Assembly (NCBI GenBank): GCA_030616425.1
Contig: JAUWXJ010000003.1
Coordinates: forward strand, 1 to 36,388
Source of the DNA: Desulfobacterales bacterium
GTDB taxonomy: Bacteria > Desulfobacterota > Desulfobacteria > Desulfobacterales > C00003060
Length of the DNA: 36,388 nucleotides
Direction of reading: 5' to 3'
The notes beneath the pieces are model-generated. The model ran no database searches. It was not told the origin of the DNA and saw only the letters and a list, made by a program, of their open reading frames with translations. A program made the translations under genes and the position numbers. Shown in pieces: positions 9,085 through 18,187 of this stretch. How positions within the stretch are numbered: the stretch's first letter is position 1; each line of letters starts with the position of its first letter.

Positions 9085-9636
9085 CTAGCCGCCCAGGACA
9101 TGGAACACTACCTGCCCCAACACGATATACGTGATAATTGTCATAACGATAGCCAACGTGGCTTGGGAGACTCTGATTGAAAACGCATAACTGAGACCCC
9201 AGACAATCAGATAAAGCCGATAAAACTCAAAGAGAAGGCCCACCATGGGAATCCATGTGACCAGGTTCACGGCGGCTGCATAGGCGTTTACCCTGAAGGC
9301 TGCCTCATAGGTTCCTGATGCTTTGAAAAACCTTGTGATGAAAAGAAAGAGAATGCCTGCTGTCAGAAAAGGCATCGCTATGCCGTATGTCAGGTTCCGG
9401 ACGACGATGGTTTGATCCCTAACAGACAGGCCGACAAACAGGGTATGGACAAGGACACAGCAGACGAGGAAGAGGGCCGGATTTCGCAACCCTCCTTCTG
9501 TTCTCATCCTTTTGTAGAAAAGTCTCGGCGAAAGCAAAACCGCCTTTGCAATACTAAAAAGGCTGCCCAGAAAATTTCTCGGCACAAAATCGTATTGAGC
9601 ATCTTGCTCTTGGGATGTTGCTGGGTCCGCCATCAT
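9085..9636 (-). CDS. YIP1-family membrane protein
   Basis: VLLSP..FY start and about five hydrophobic segments; overlaps the upstream gene by 4 bp. Confidence 0.75.
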   Translation of the reverse strand: MMADPATSQEQDAQYDFVPRNFLGSLFSIAKAVLLSPRLFYKRMRTEGGLRNPALFLVCCVLVHTLFVGLSVRDQTIVVRNLTYGIAMPFLTAGILFLFITRFFKASGTYEAAFRVNAYAAAVNLVTWIPMVGLLFEFYRLYLIVWGLSYAFSIRVSQATLAIVMTIITYIVLGQVVFHVLGG

Positions 9637-10280
9637 GTGAGTTCAAAGTCGGTAATGTATGGATTGTGCTTTTTCTCAAGTGCAATGGTGGAAGTCGGGC
9701 TTCCTCCATAGTCGTGGCCTGGCCAGATGATCGTGTCATCGGGAAGGGGAAGTATTTTCTCTTTAATAGATGTGAGCAAGGTTTCCAGGGAGCCCCCGGG
9801 CAAATCGGTCCTTCCGACCGCTCCCACAAAAAGTGTGTCTCCAGTGAAAAGGTTATTTTCCACATAAAGGCAGATGCCGCCGGGGCTATGGCCAGGTGTA
9901 TGGAGCACGGCCAGCTCTTTCTCTCCAAAAGGGATGGTATCCCCATCGTTTAAGAGGACATCTGCTGGGGGAGATGGTGTAAACCCCATCTGGATGGCCA
10001 TGGATTCTCCCTGAGGTGTGTTGAACAGGCGATCGTCCTGCGCATGCATATAGATTTTTACCCCGGACTGTTCTTTGATCTTGCGGTTTCCGCAGGTATG
10101 ATCAGGGTGACCGTGGGTGTTTACCACTGATTCAACGGAAAGGCCCGACGCACGGGCGGTTTCAAGGATCAGTTCTTCGTCTCCTGCTGGATCGATTAGC
10201 AGCCCCTTGTGCGTCTCTTCGCACCCGAGGACATAGCAGAATACCTCCATAAAACCGACCTTTATCTGTTTGATAATCAT
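9633..10280 (-). CDS. MBL-fold metallo-hydrolase (glyoxalase II-like)
   Basis: THGHPDH, HTPGHSPG, FTGDTLF, GRTDLPGG, PGH. Confidence 0.92.
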   Translation of the reverse strand: MIIKQIKVGFMEVFCYVLGCEETHKGLLIDPAGDEELILETARASGLSVESVVNTHGHPDHTCGNRKIKEQSGVKIYMHAQDDRLFNTPQGESMAIQMGFTPSPPADVLLNDGDTIPFGEKELAVLHTPGHSPGGICLYVENNLFTGDTLFVGAVGRTDLPGGSLETLLTSIKEKILPLPDDTIIWPGHDYGGSPTSTIALEKKHNPYITDFELT

Positions 10281-10322
10281 CGTAATAGGTCCTGATTCGG
10301 GGTAACGAATCCGCTATATCTT

Positions 10323-11393
10323 CTATTCCTCTTCAACCGGCTCGATCCAGCCAAAGGGATCTTCGGCTCGACCGTATTGGATATCGGTTATTGCGTCATA
10401 AAATCTCTTGGCCATGAGGCCGACCCTGCCATCTCCGACGGTCAGCACGTCGTCATGCCAGGCGAGATGGCTCACAGGGGAGATAACTGCAGCTGTGCCA
10501 GAGCCGAAGATCTCTTGAAGAGAGTCATCCTTATGGGCTTCTATCAGCTCATCAATCGTGATAGGGCGTTCGGCTATTGGGATGTTCCAGTGCTTGGCAA
10601 GGGTCAGAACAGAGTCGCGTGTAATCCCAGGCAATATGCTTCCCCCTAGAGGTGGCGTGACAATCTCTCCGCTGATAACAAACACGATATTCATGGTACC
10701 CACTTCTTCGATATGGCGGTGCTCAATCGCGTCAAGCCAGAGCACCTGGGTGTACCCCGCCTTCTTTGCCACCTCGGCTCCATACAGGCTGGCTGCATAG
10801 TTGGCCGCGGTCTTGGCCTCGCCCAGGCCGCCGCGCACAGTCCGTACATACTTGTCCGTAACCCAGATACTCACCGGATTGAATCCCTCCGGGTAGTAGG
10901 CACTGACTGGCGACAAGATAATGAAGAGACGATAAGTATTGGAAGGGCGCACGCCGAGATAATGGTCGGTGGCAATAATGGTGGGGCGAATATACAGAGA
11001 GGTCTCGGGGGCCCTCGGGATCCATTCCTTGTCCACGGAGATGAGCTTCTTGATAGCATACAGGAGAAAGGCTTCATCAATTTCCGGGATGCACACAAAG
11101 CTTGCCGATCGATTGAACCTGGCCATGTTACGGTCCGGGCGAAACAGCTGAATCTTTCCACTGCCGGTCCGGTATGCCTTCAGCCCTTCAAAGATGGCCT
11201 GACCATAGTGTAGAACCATGGTAGCCGGGTCCATAACGATCGGTGCATAAGGCTCTATACGGGCGTTGTACCACCCCTGCCGCGGGTTGTAGTCCATGTT
11301 GAACATGTGATCGGTGAATATTTGCCCAAACCCTAATTTCGAATCATCTGGAAGCTCCTTACGGGTCTTAGTTTCGGTGATTTTCAGGTCCAT
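10323..11393 (-). CDS. ilvE: Branched-chain amino acid aminotransferase
   Basis: LHYGQAIFEGLKAY, YIRP, AKTAANY (PLP Lys), EEVGTMN, ILPGITR, GSGTAAVISPV. Confidence 0.95.
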   Translation of the reverse strand: MDLKITETKTRKELPDDSKLGFGQIFTDHMFNMDYNPRQGWYNARIEPYAPIVMDPATMVLHYGQAIFEGLKAYRTGSGKIQLFRPDRNMARFNRSASFVCIPEIDEAFLLYAIKKLISVDKEWIPRAPETSLYIRPTIIATDHYLGVRPSNTYRLFIILSPVSAYYPEGFNPVSIWVTDKYVRTVRGGLGEAKTAANYAASLYGAEVAKKAGYTQVLWLDAIEHRHIEEVGTMNIVFVISGEIVTPPLGGSILPGITRDSVLTLAKHWNIPIAERPITIDELIEAHKDDSLQEIFGSGTAAVISPVSHLAWHDDVLTVGDGRVGLMAKRFYDAITDIQYGRAEDPFGWIEPVEEE

Positions 11394-11412
11394 CTTAGCA
11401 TTCCTTCCTTAC

Positions 11413-11487
11413 TGACCGGCTCGCTTCCCGCGCACGAAGTGCTGCCGTAAGACAGGACGCCCGTCCTTCAGGGCGGGGAGGCTTCAC
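11413..11487. repeat. IS200/IS605-end-like palindromic element, copy 2
   Basis: TGACCGGC...GCCCGTCCTTCAGGGCGGGGAGGCTTCAC; the terminal AGGGCGGGGAGGCTTCAC is identical to copy 1. Confidence 0.6.
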
Positions 11488-11570
11488 ATGTTGCTTCTTT
11501 TGATCCCCTATCGAGACTCGCCGGAAAAAGCTATCTGAGTGAGCTTGGTGAATAGATTGAGCCGTTCGTG

Positions 11571-12008
11571 TCACAGCCTCCATAATGGAAGCCCTGTTGT
11601 GTCGTCGTATTCTCTTTCCAGGGGCTTACCCAAAAGTTCCTGGATGTATATCTCTCCTGCATAGACCACGGTTTCAGAAAAGATGTGCCCACCTATGGTC
11701 TGGCCATCTATATCGGCAAGCACGGCATGGGCATGCACAGCAACTTTTCCATCTTTGAGAGATACGTTACCAGTGCAATGGACGATTTCAAGCGGCTCCT
11801 CTTTTTTGAAAGTTACATATACCTGCTGATTCTGGTCGTAGGATCCCAGCGTTGCCGACATAACAGACCCTATGATAGAAAAGACCCCGGTTTGAATCGA
11901 GTTTTGCGCGCAGAACTCTTCTATGGTCTTAAGAAGATCCTTGCCGTGTGGCAGCCTTCCCAGGATGGAGCGGCCTCTTTCGAAAACCGAATGGGTTATC
12001 GTCTCCAT
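11571..12008 (-). CDS. PPC/DUF296 domain putative DNA-binding protein
   Basis: GRL..G.DL, EIV..TGNVS, HAHAVL, GGH. Confidence 0.9.
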   Translation of the reverse strand: METITHSVFERGRSILGRLPHGKDLLKTIEEFCAQNSIQTGVFSIIGSVMSATLGSYDQNQQVYVTFKKEEPLEIVHCTGNVSLKDGKVAVHAHAVLADIDGQTIGGHIFSETVVYAGEIYIQELLGKPLEREYDDTTGLPLWRL

Positions 12009-12206
12009 ACAAGCACCTTTCTCGTGTGCATATTTGACGCCTACGAATTAGGATACAAAGTTAGGAAAGTTACGTGCCTAAAGCCAAATAGCACATTTTG
12101 CTGCGATATACAACTGTTTGATTTTATTAGCGACAATTCTGGAAGAATACCCATATCTTGCCGTAAAGAGGCACCCCGCTATCTCCATATCTAATCTTGG
12201 CAAGCT

Positions 12207-12225
12207 TGTAACTAAAACTAGTTGC
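12207..12225. promoter_or_regulatory. Palindromic operator of the hicAB promoter (putative)
   Basis: GTAACTA-aaac-TAGTTGC (one mismatch) directly upstream of the hicA remnant and hicB. Confidence 0.45.
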
Positions 12226-12254
12226 TATTTTTGTACGATCATTATAAGCTCTAG

Positions 12255-12332
12255 CCACACACCAAAAACATTCTAAAGATGTATATCATTGATGATGTTT
12301 TAGAGGTTCTTAAACAGGAGGGAATGTTATGA
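12255..12332 (+). pseudogene. hicA: C-terminal remnant of HicA toxin
   Basis: PHTKNILKMYIIDDVLEVLKQEGML*, preceded by an in-frame TAG; its stop overlaps the hicB start (ATGA). Confidence 0.65.
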
Positions 12333-12664
12333 AAGATATGATGCGTTACAAAGGATATTATGGCTCGGTTCACTATAGTGATGAAGATCGCGTCTTTCAT
12401 GGCAAGATAGAATTTGTTCGGAGTCTTGTTAGCTATGAAGGCAGTGATGTGAAAAGTTTACGCAAGGTGTTTGAAGAGGCGGTAGACGATTATTTAGAAC
12501 TCTGCGCCAAAGAAAAAAGAAAACCGGAAAAACCTTTCAAGGGTAGCTTCAATGTTCGTACAGGAAGTGACCTCCATCGTAAAGCAGCATTATTCGCCAA
12601 GGCTAAAGGCATTAACCTCAATAAAGTTGTAACTGAAGCGCTTGAAAAATATTTGTCTGTATAA
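12329..12664 (+). CDS. hicB: HicB family antitoxin
   Basis: YKGYYGSV, FEEAVDDYL, PEKPFKGSFNVR..SDLH, C-terminal RHH. Confidence 0.93.
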   Translation: MKDMMRYKGYYGSVHYSDEDRVFHGKIEFVRSLVSYEGSDVKSLRKVFEEAVDDYLELCAKEKRKPEKPFKGSFNVRTGSDLHRKAALFAKAKGINLNKVVTEALEKYLSV

Positions 12665-12707
12665 TTTACTGCTCTTGGCCAATTACAACATGATCCCGTG
12701 ACTGCTA

Positions 12708-12782
12708 ATCGGGTAGCCGGGGGTATTTCTCTCCCAGCCCCCGCACCACTTGGCATCCGCCTAGGCGGACCAGGCGGTTCAC
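12708..12782 (-). mobile_element. Group II intron 3' remnant (domains V-VI), no reverse transcriptase
   Basis: Minus strand GAACCGCCTGG...ATGCCAAGTGGTGCGGGGGCTGGGAGAGAAATACCCCCGGCTACCCGAT: DV with CGC triad, DVI with bulged A, ending ACCCGAT. Confidence 0.75.
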
Positions 12783-12946
12783 AGAGCCTATCGGGCGGTA
12801 GCCGGATACAGATTGAAATTGAAAATGATATATTAGATTTCAAATAGGTGAAAAAGCAACCAGGGAAAGCAATCAGGGCGTTGGAATGAGCAAATGTCAA
12901 GATTTCACCAGCGTCCCCTATGTCCTAAAATTTGGCATAACAAGCG

Positions 12947-13079
12947 TGTGGACACAGACCGTGGGACTATGTGGACAGGGGGAAGCATTGAATGTGGACA
13001 CAGTAGGGATTGGGACGTACATAAATATATAACCAACTTCTCCTGAGCCCCACTTATTTATAAATTTATGAACATCCCC
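12947..13079. repeat. Three TGTGGACA direct repeats at 23-bp spacing followed by an imperfect 22-bp inverted repeat
   Basis: TGTGGACA at 12947, 12970 and 12993; TGGGACGTACATAAATATATAA (13011-13032) pairs with 13058-13079 at 18/22 positions. Confidence 0.6.
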
Positions 13080-13124
13080 ATTATTTCCCATATAATGTAG
13101 ATAATAACAGGAAGGGATAAAGGA

Positions 13125-13814
13125 ATGGCACAAGCATATGGAAAATATGTAGGAATACTGGGGGATCCGGCCTGCCGCTCGGGTTGGCAGGCAAACTTTC
13201 CACGGATGGCCGAGCTTTTGTGGGAGACGTACCGGCCATCACACGTATTTGTACCTGGAGATGTGTCCGCATACGGCACACCGGCCCAACACGAAGAGAT
13301 ATTACAGCATTGCCAGAAGCATCCTTGGGAGTGGTTGGTTGCAATGGGTGACCACGACCGGCCGGTTCATATCTTCGACCGATACTGGGGCCCGCCCCAC
13401 AAGGTGACCGACCTGGGCCGCTGGCGATTTATCGGTGTTGACACCTCGGATCGGATTTTTTCTGCAGAAGAAGCGCTCTGGCTGCAGGAACAAATCAAGG
13501 ATAACAGCATTATCTATACCCACCTCCCACCGGAGATGACGGGTTGGAAGTTCCATTCACTTTACTCGGACTGTACCGCCCGTTTCTTTGCGGTGCTGGA
13601 CGATTTTCACGATCAGATACACGCCTGCTTCTTCGGCCATATACATTCATACGACCGTAAAGAGTACCAAGGAATACCCCTCATCGTGACTGGTGCTGGC
13701 GGTGCTGAGGCTCGTGGGTTGGGAGAGGATGGATACGAAGGAAGGCGCCCGTTCCAAGCGATGGCCTTTGACACGACCACTGGCGAGATTCATCTACTGG
13801 AGAATACAGAGTGA
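13125..13814 (+). CDS. Calcineurin-like metallophosphoesterase
   Basis: GD, PGD, GDHD, THLPP, FGHIH, TGAGGA. Confidence 0.85.
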   Translation: MAQAYGKYVGILGDPACRSGWQANFPRMAELLWETYRPSHVFVPGDVSAYGTPAQHEEILQHCQKHPWEWLVAMGDHDRPVHIFDRYWGPPHKVTDLGRWRFIGVDTSDRIFSAEEALWLQEQIKDNSIIYTHLPPEMTGWKFHSLYSDCTARFFAVLDDFHDQIHACFFGHIHSYDRKEYQGIPLIVTGAGGAEARGLGEDGYEGRRPFQAMAFDTTTGEIHLLENTE

Positions 13815-13839
13815 ACCGTACCCCGGAGGCCCTTCGGCA

Positions 13840-14415
13840 TCAGGCATGGCCAGCTGCCTCCGAGAAAAGTTTTAGATTGACCCCCATGAGTCTGGCGGCC
13901 TCCTCCCATCGCTTCTCCACAGGGGTTTCAAACAGTACAGTTTCATTGGCAGGGCAAGTCAGCCAGGCATTCTCCTTGATCTCGGATTCCAACTGGCCAG
14001 GGCTCCACGCCGCACACCCCAACGCTATAATAAAGGACTCAGGCCCTTCCCCTTTGGCAAGGCTCTCCAAAAGGTCCTTTGAATTGCTCAGGGCAACCGA
14101 GGAGTTCACCGGGCTGCATGCTTCCCAGCCAAACGGGGGACCGTGCAAGATAAAAACCTGGCTCGGGTCCACAGGTCCTCCCAAGTAAATCGGAAGGGAA
14201 TCCGCCTTGGGAACGGATTTCAGTTTCAACTCCTTGAACACAGCCTCCATGGTCAATTCCGGGTGGACCCGGTTGATCACCAGACCCATGGCCCCCCCTG
14301 GGGTATGTGCACACATATAGGTCACAGTCTGGGAAAAATTTGGATCAGCAAGGCTCGGCACTGCAATTAGAAAGTGTTCGTTGAGAGATGCTTGGAATTC
14401 CTCTTCTTGAGTCAT
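13840..14415 (-). CDS. YqgE/AlgH (UPF0301) family protein
   Basis: FLIA.P.L.DPNF, GAMGLVIN, GGPV, W..GQLE.EI..NAW. ATG at 14415 with a GGAGG RBS is preferred over TTG 14460. Confidence 0.92.
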   Translation of the reverse strand: MTQEEEFQASLNEHFLIAVPSLADPNFSQTVTYMCAHTPGGAMGLVINRVHPELTMEAVFKELKLKSVPKADSLPIYLGGPVDPSQVFILHGPPFGWEACSPVNSSVALSNSKDLLESLAKGEGPESFIIALGCAAWSPGQLESEIKENAWLTCPANETVLFETPVEKRWEEAARLMGVNLKLFSEAAGHA

Positions 14416-14748
14416 TTCTCCTCCAGGAGCTCCTTTCTTCGTGATACATAGAAAGGTCAAAATTGTTCTAGGAACCTGTCAGAAAACTCGGAAATGAGCG
14501 ACTTTTACCGTTTTTGCGAAAGTCTCTTAGCGAAGCAGAGCGTGAAAAATTTGTAACTGTTTGAGGCGGTTAGCCGAGTTAGCGCATGGGTTGCGGCTGA
14601 CGCCTTGAACAGAGGCACTACGTGCTGCAATTTGAGCGAAGCGAGCTTAGTCCGCCTCAGGCGGACCAAAATGGTCAAACAAACGAGGAAAAAGGGTTTG
14701 AAACCAGTTCCACAAAGACTTGAGAAAAGAACGCATCCGTTGAGCGAA

Positions 14749-15042
14749 CTAACCTTTTAACATGCCTTGAAGCTTTTCTTTTTCTTCCAACTCAACGCCG
14801 CTATCCTCAATGACTCCATGTGTCTCAAGGTAGAGTAACAAAAGTTTCGACGCGCGTTGGTGGTCACTGAATACATGGGCTATGCTTGCAAGACTATATT
14901 GGCTAACCTCTTCGTCCAAGAACCGGTCTATCCAGTATTCCAAGGCCTTACCCTCTTTCCGAGGGTGTTCCCCCAGAACAATGGGCTTCTTATAAGCAAA
15001 CCGAATCTGCGCTAACAGCTTATCTTTCTTTGCGTCTGCCAC
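14749..15042 (-). CDS. Hypothetical protein (97 aa)
   Basis: GTG-start ORF with protein-like composition in otherwise empty space; no recognised motif. Confidence 0.5.
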   Translation of the reverse strand: MADAKKDKLLAQIRFAYKKPIVLGEHPRKEGKALEYWIDRFLDEEVSQYSLASIAHVFSDHQRASKLLLLYLETHGVIEDSGVELEEKEKLQGMLKG

Positions 15043-15057
15043 AATCTTTGCGGTCCT

Positions 15058-15161
15058 TTGAAGATCCCTGCAGCAAGACTTCGGCGAACTCCCTTCGGTC
15101 TGAGCTCAGGGTCGAAGACAGTCGAGTCGCTGCGGGGAATGCGCTCGCTTTTGCGGTTCAA
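15058..15161. repeat. REP/MITE-like element (TTGAA...TTCAA) with nested palindromic inserts, copy 1
   Basis: TTGAAGATCCCT...GGGAATGCGCTCGCTTTTGCGGTTCAA; both ends are shared with copy 2. Confidence 0.8.
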
Positions 15162-15251
15162 CCCTTACCTTTACACAAGGCCTTCCGAATTTCGGTCAAC
15201 TACAGAGCTTCTCATACACCATTTACCAACTCAGGTCAACTCCTCGCTGTT

Positions 15252-15313
15252 TTGAAGATCCCTACAGTCCCGATAAAATCGGGACAGGGAATGCGCTCGC
15301 TTTTGCGGTTCAA
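15252..15313. repeat. REP/MITE-like element, copy 2
   Basis: Same ends as copy 1; the centre is the palindrome GTCCCGAT-aaa-ATCGGGAC. Confidence 0.8.
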
Positions 15314-15398
15314 TGCAACAATCATACTCTCTTGACCTCGCAGCCCGATTGGTCTAATAGAGTTCAGCAACAGAAATTTTCCATAAAGGAGAGAGATC

Positions 15399-16178
15399 AT
15401 GAACGAAAAAACCACGGAGACAATTAAAATTATGCCTTGCCTTGACATGAAAGAGGGTCGGGTAGTCAAGGGGGTACATTTCGTGGACCTGAAGGATGCT
15501 GGCGATCCTGTGGAAAACGCTGAATTGTATCAGAAGGAAGGCGCCGATGAGCTGGCCATGCTCGACATAGCAGCCACCGTAGAAAACCGAAAAACGAGGC
15601 TCGAGTGGGTCAAGAATGTATCAGCTGTTATAGATATTCCCCTTACGGTTGGTGGAGGGATATCGAGTTTGCAAGACATTGAACTGGTCCTGGAGGCAGG
15701 TGCTGATAAGGTCTCCATGAATAGCGCTGCAGTAGCCAATCCCGATCTTGTCAAAGAGGCGTCAAAACAATTTGGCTCAGACACGATCACGGTTGCTGTA
15801 GATGCAAGAAGGAACAAGGAGATGCCTTCTGGATTTGAACTGGTGGTCTCGGGTGGAACCAAGCCGGTAGGAAAAGATGCCATTTCCTGGGCCAAAGAGT
15901 GCCAGGACCTGGGGGCTGGCTCGATCCTGCCAACCAGCATGGACGGTGACGGAACCCAGGCAGGCTATGACCTGGAATTTACAAAGGCGATTTCAGATAC
16001 TGTTGATGTCCCAGTCGTGGCTTCAGGTGGTGCAGGCACACTAGAACACTTTTATGAGGCAGTAGTGAAGGGCGGTGCGCAAATCTTGTTGGCAGCGTCC
16101 GTTTTTCACTATCGTATCTTCAGCATTAGAGCAGTAAAAGAATATTTGAAAGGAAAAGGCTTGCAGGTTAACCTGTAA
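15399..16178 (+). CDS. hisF: Imidazole glycerol phosphate synthase cyclase subunit
   Basis: PCLD..GRVVKGV.F, GADEL..LDI.A, VGGGI, TSMD.DGT..GYD, ASGGAG, AASVFH. Confidence 0.96.
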   Translation: MNEKTTETIKIMPCLDMKEGRVVKGVHFVDLKDAGDPVENAELYQKEGADELAMLDIAATVENRKTRLEWVKNVSAVIDIPLTVGGGISSLQDIELVLEAGADKVSMNSAAVANPDLVKEASKQFGSDTITVAVDARRNKEMPSGFELVVSGGTKPVGKDAISWAKECQDLGAGSILPTSMDGDGTQAGYDLEFTKAISDTVDVPVVASGGAGTLEHFYEAVVKGGAQILLAASVFHYRIFSIRAVKEYLKGKGLQVNL

Positions 16179-16235
16179 AGCATACCAGGAAAAGTAGCGC
16201 AGTATATATATTCTTCAAGAAATAAATCTCTATCT

Positions 16236-16436
16236 ATGTCCATCCGTTTGATAGCAAGAGAACTGTATAAACTTCAGCAGGAAGTCGAGAAGCTGAAGGT
16301 ACGGATTGAATCTGCCCCACCTCATGAGCGTGAGGCCATGGAGGATCGTCTGCGAAGACTCCGGGCCGAGCGCAACCGCATGCGAAAGACCCTCAATGGC
16401 GCAAAAGAACCATCCCCCTTCCGTCAACCTCGGTAA
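16236..16436 (+). CDS. Small coiled-coil hypothetical protein
   Basis: 66-aa helical ORF with ATG start, filling the gap between hisF and the convergent radical SAM gene. Confidence 0.65.
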   Translation: MSIRLIARELYKLQQEVEKLKVRIESAPPHEREAMEDRLRRLRAERNRMRKTLNGAKEPSPFRQPR

Positions 16437-16450
16437 ATGGTGGCTTTTTA

Positions 16451-18136
16451 TTAAGAATCTTTTATTTCTTTATAACATTGTTCAATATAATACTTAGCTT
16501 CTTTTGAATGTTTCAGCTTCTGCAAGTATGAAAGAGCTTTGTTAAAATCTCCTATATTCATATAACTTATCCCCAAGCATAAAGTTAATTCCTCGCTCTC
16601 CTGGAAACGTTCAACCCCTTCAGACAGAATCTCTACAGCCTTTTGAAACTCCCTCCTTTTTTGTTCAATCATCCATAGCCCCAGGTAGGCCCGCTGATTC
16701 GGATAATAGCTCAATGATTTCTTGAATAACTTCTCAGCAATTTCCCCCTTGTTCTTAATAGCCTCAATCTTCGAATAATCACCGTGGCTGAAAGTCATTC
16801 CAAGCCGCGAGTAAAAATCGGCATGCATCTCATATAGCTCTTCTTTATCTACAAGCTTTACTGACTTAACAAAATCATGCATATTTTCGTATAACGCGGT
16901 TCTGATTGCTTTCCCAAATTCAAAAACAGTTTCCTGCGATAGATTCGAATCTGTTTCAAAATAGCAAATGCCTTCAACTCTTTTTAGCCATACATCATCG
17001 GTCTCATTAAATTTCTTTTTCAAGTCTAGATAGAGCTTGGTCCCCGGATATATCTCAAGGATATACAGGACACAAATCAAGGGCTTGATTTGGTGTATCA
17101 GGTCGATTGTATCTTGAATTGTCTCCCAGCTCTCTTCAGGCGAACCGTATATGAAATAAGCCCGGGCAATGATTCCATATTTGTGAGTTAAGGCAAAAGC
17201 ATTCTTGATTTGATCAGTCTTAACATTCTTATTCAGCAAGGCCCTTATTTTTTCGGAACCACTTTCGATCCCATAGCTTATTTGGATACACCCTGCTTTT
17301 CGCATCCAATATAACATCTCTTCATCAACATAAGTGACTCGTGAGATAGCAACCCAGGTAATCTTAAGGCCTCTGTCAAGAATCCTTTTGCAAATTTCAA
17401 TGACTAGATCTTTTTTAATCGTAAAATTGTCATCTGAAACATAGAAAAAAGTGACTCCTTTATCGTAGAGCATCTCCAGATGCTGGACGAAATTTTCTGG
17501 TGAGTGAAATCTTATTTTCTTTCCCCAGAACCCAGGGCTGCCACAAAATGTGCATTTCCACGGACATCCTCGAGAAAGCACAAGATGCTGATATTCGAAA
17601 TACCTTGCCGGGATCGGCAATTCATCAATGTCTTGAATCGGCTCGGCAGCATTTGTTCTTATGATCTTTCCGTTCTTTCTAAAAGCGATCCCTTTGACAT
17701 TCTTGATGTTTTTGAAATCTCTTTTTTCGATTAACTTTACCAAATTCAAAAAGCTATATTCTCCCTCACCTATGACGACAAAATCTACTTGCTGAAAATG
17801 CTTCAAAAAATGTTCCCACAAAAAAGTTGCTGCAACGCCGCCCAAAACGATCTTTACATCAGGATTGATCTCTTTGGCTATTTGAGCAATCTCCAGACCA
17901 CCCCATCGATTTGCATTCAAGATAGAAAAGCCAATGACGTCAGGCTTCTTTTCAAGCAAGACCCCGCCAATTTTTTGAGGTGTCTTATGGATATCGTACC
18001 AATTCAATATTTCAACATCGTACTGATTCTCTTTCAGAACAGCACCGACATAATAGACCCCTATCGGCATAGGCCTTATATCCTCTTCCTGAGACCGGTC
18101 ATAAAGGGGGTAGGGATAAATGAGTAATATCTTCAT
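16451..18136 (-). CDS. B12-binding radical SAM protein with C-terminal TPRs
   Basis: N-terminal cobalamin-binding domain, SRGCPWKCTFC, DDNF, GIESGS; likely start MKILLIYP at 18136. Confidence 0.9.
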   Translation of the reverse strand: MKILLIYPYPLYDRSQEEDIRPMPIGVYYVGAVLKENQYDVEILNWYDIHKTPQKIGGVLLEKKPDVIGFSILNANRWGGLEIAQIAKEINPDVKIVLGGVAATFLWEHFLKHFQQVDFVVIGEGEYSFLNLVKLIEKRDFKNIKNVKGIAFRKNGKIIRTNAAEPIQDIDELPIPARYFEYQHLVLSRGCPWKCTFCGSPGFWGKKIRFHSPENFVQHLEMLYDKGVTFFYVSDDNFTIKKDLVIEICKRILDRGLKITWVAISRVTYVDEEMLYWMRKAGCIQISYGIESGSEKIRALLNKNVKTDQIKNAFALTHKYGIIARAYFIYGSPEESWETIQDTIDLIHQIKPLICVLYILEIYPGTKLYLDLKKKFNETDDVWLKRVEGICYFETDSNLSQETVFEFGKAIRTALYENMHDFVKSVKLVDKEELYEMHADFYSRLGMTFSHGDYSKIEAIKNKGEIAEKLFKKSLSYYPNQRAYLGLWMIEQKRREFQKAVEILSEGVERFQESEELTLCLGISYMNIGDFNKALSYLQKLKHSKEAKYYIEQCYKEIKDS

Positions 18137-18187
18137 TCTTGCTCTCTCTCTTTTCTTGTAGTCCTTCAAGGGAAGACCGCTCACCAA

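Noticed and set aside
11395-11583. 62-aa ORF between the PPC gene and ilvE
   Set aside because: Largely a translation of the repeat element (VKPPRPEGR); probably spurious.
15030-15335. ORFs with a repeated GMRSLLRFN peptide
   Set aside because: Artefacts of the two REP-like DNA copies.
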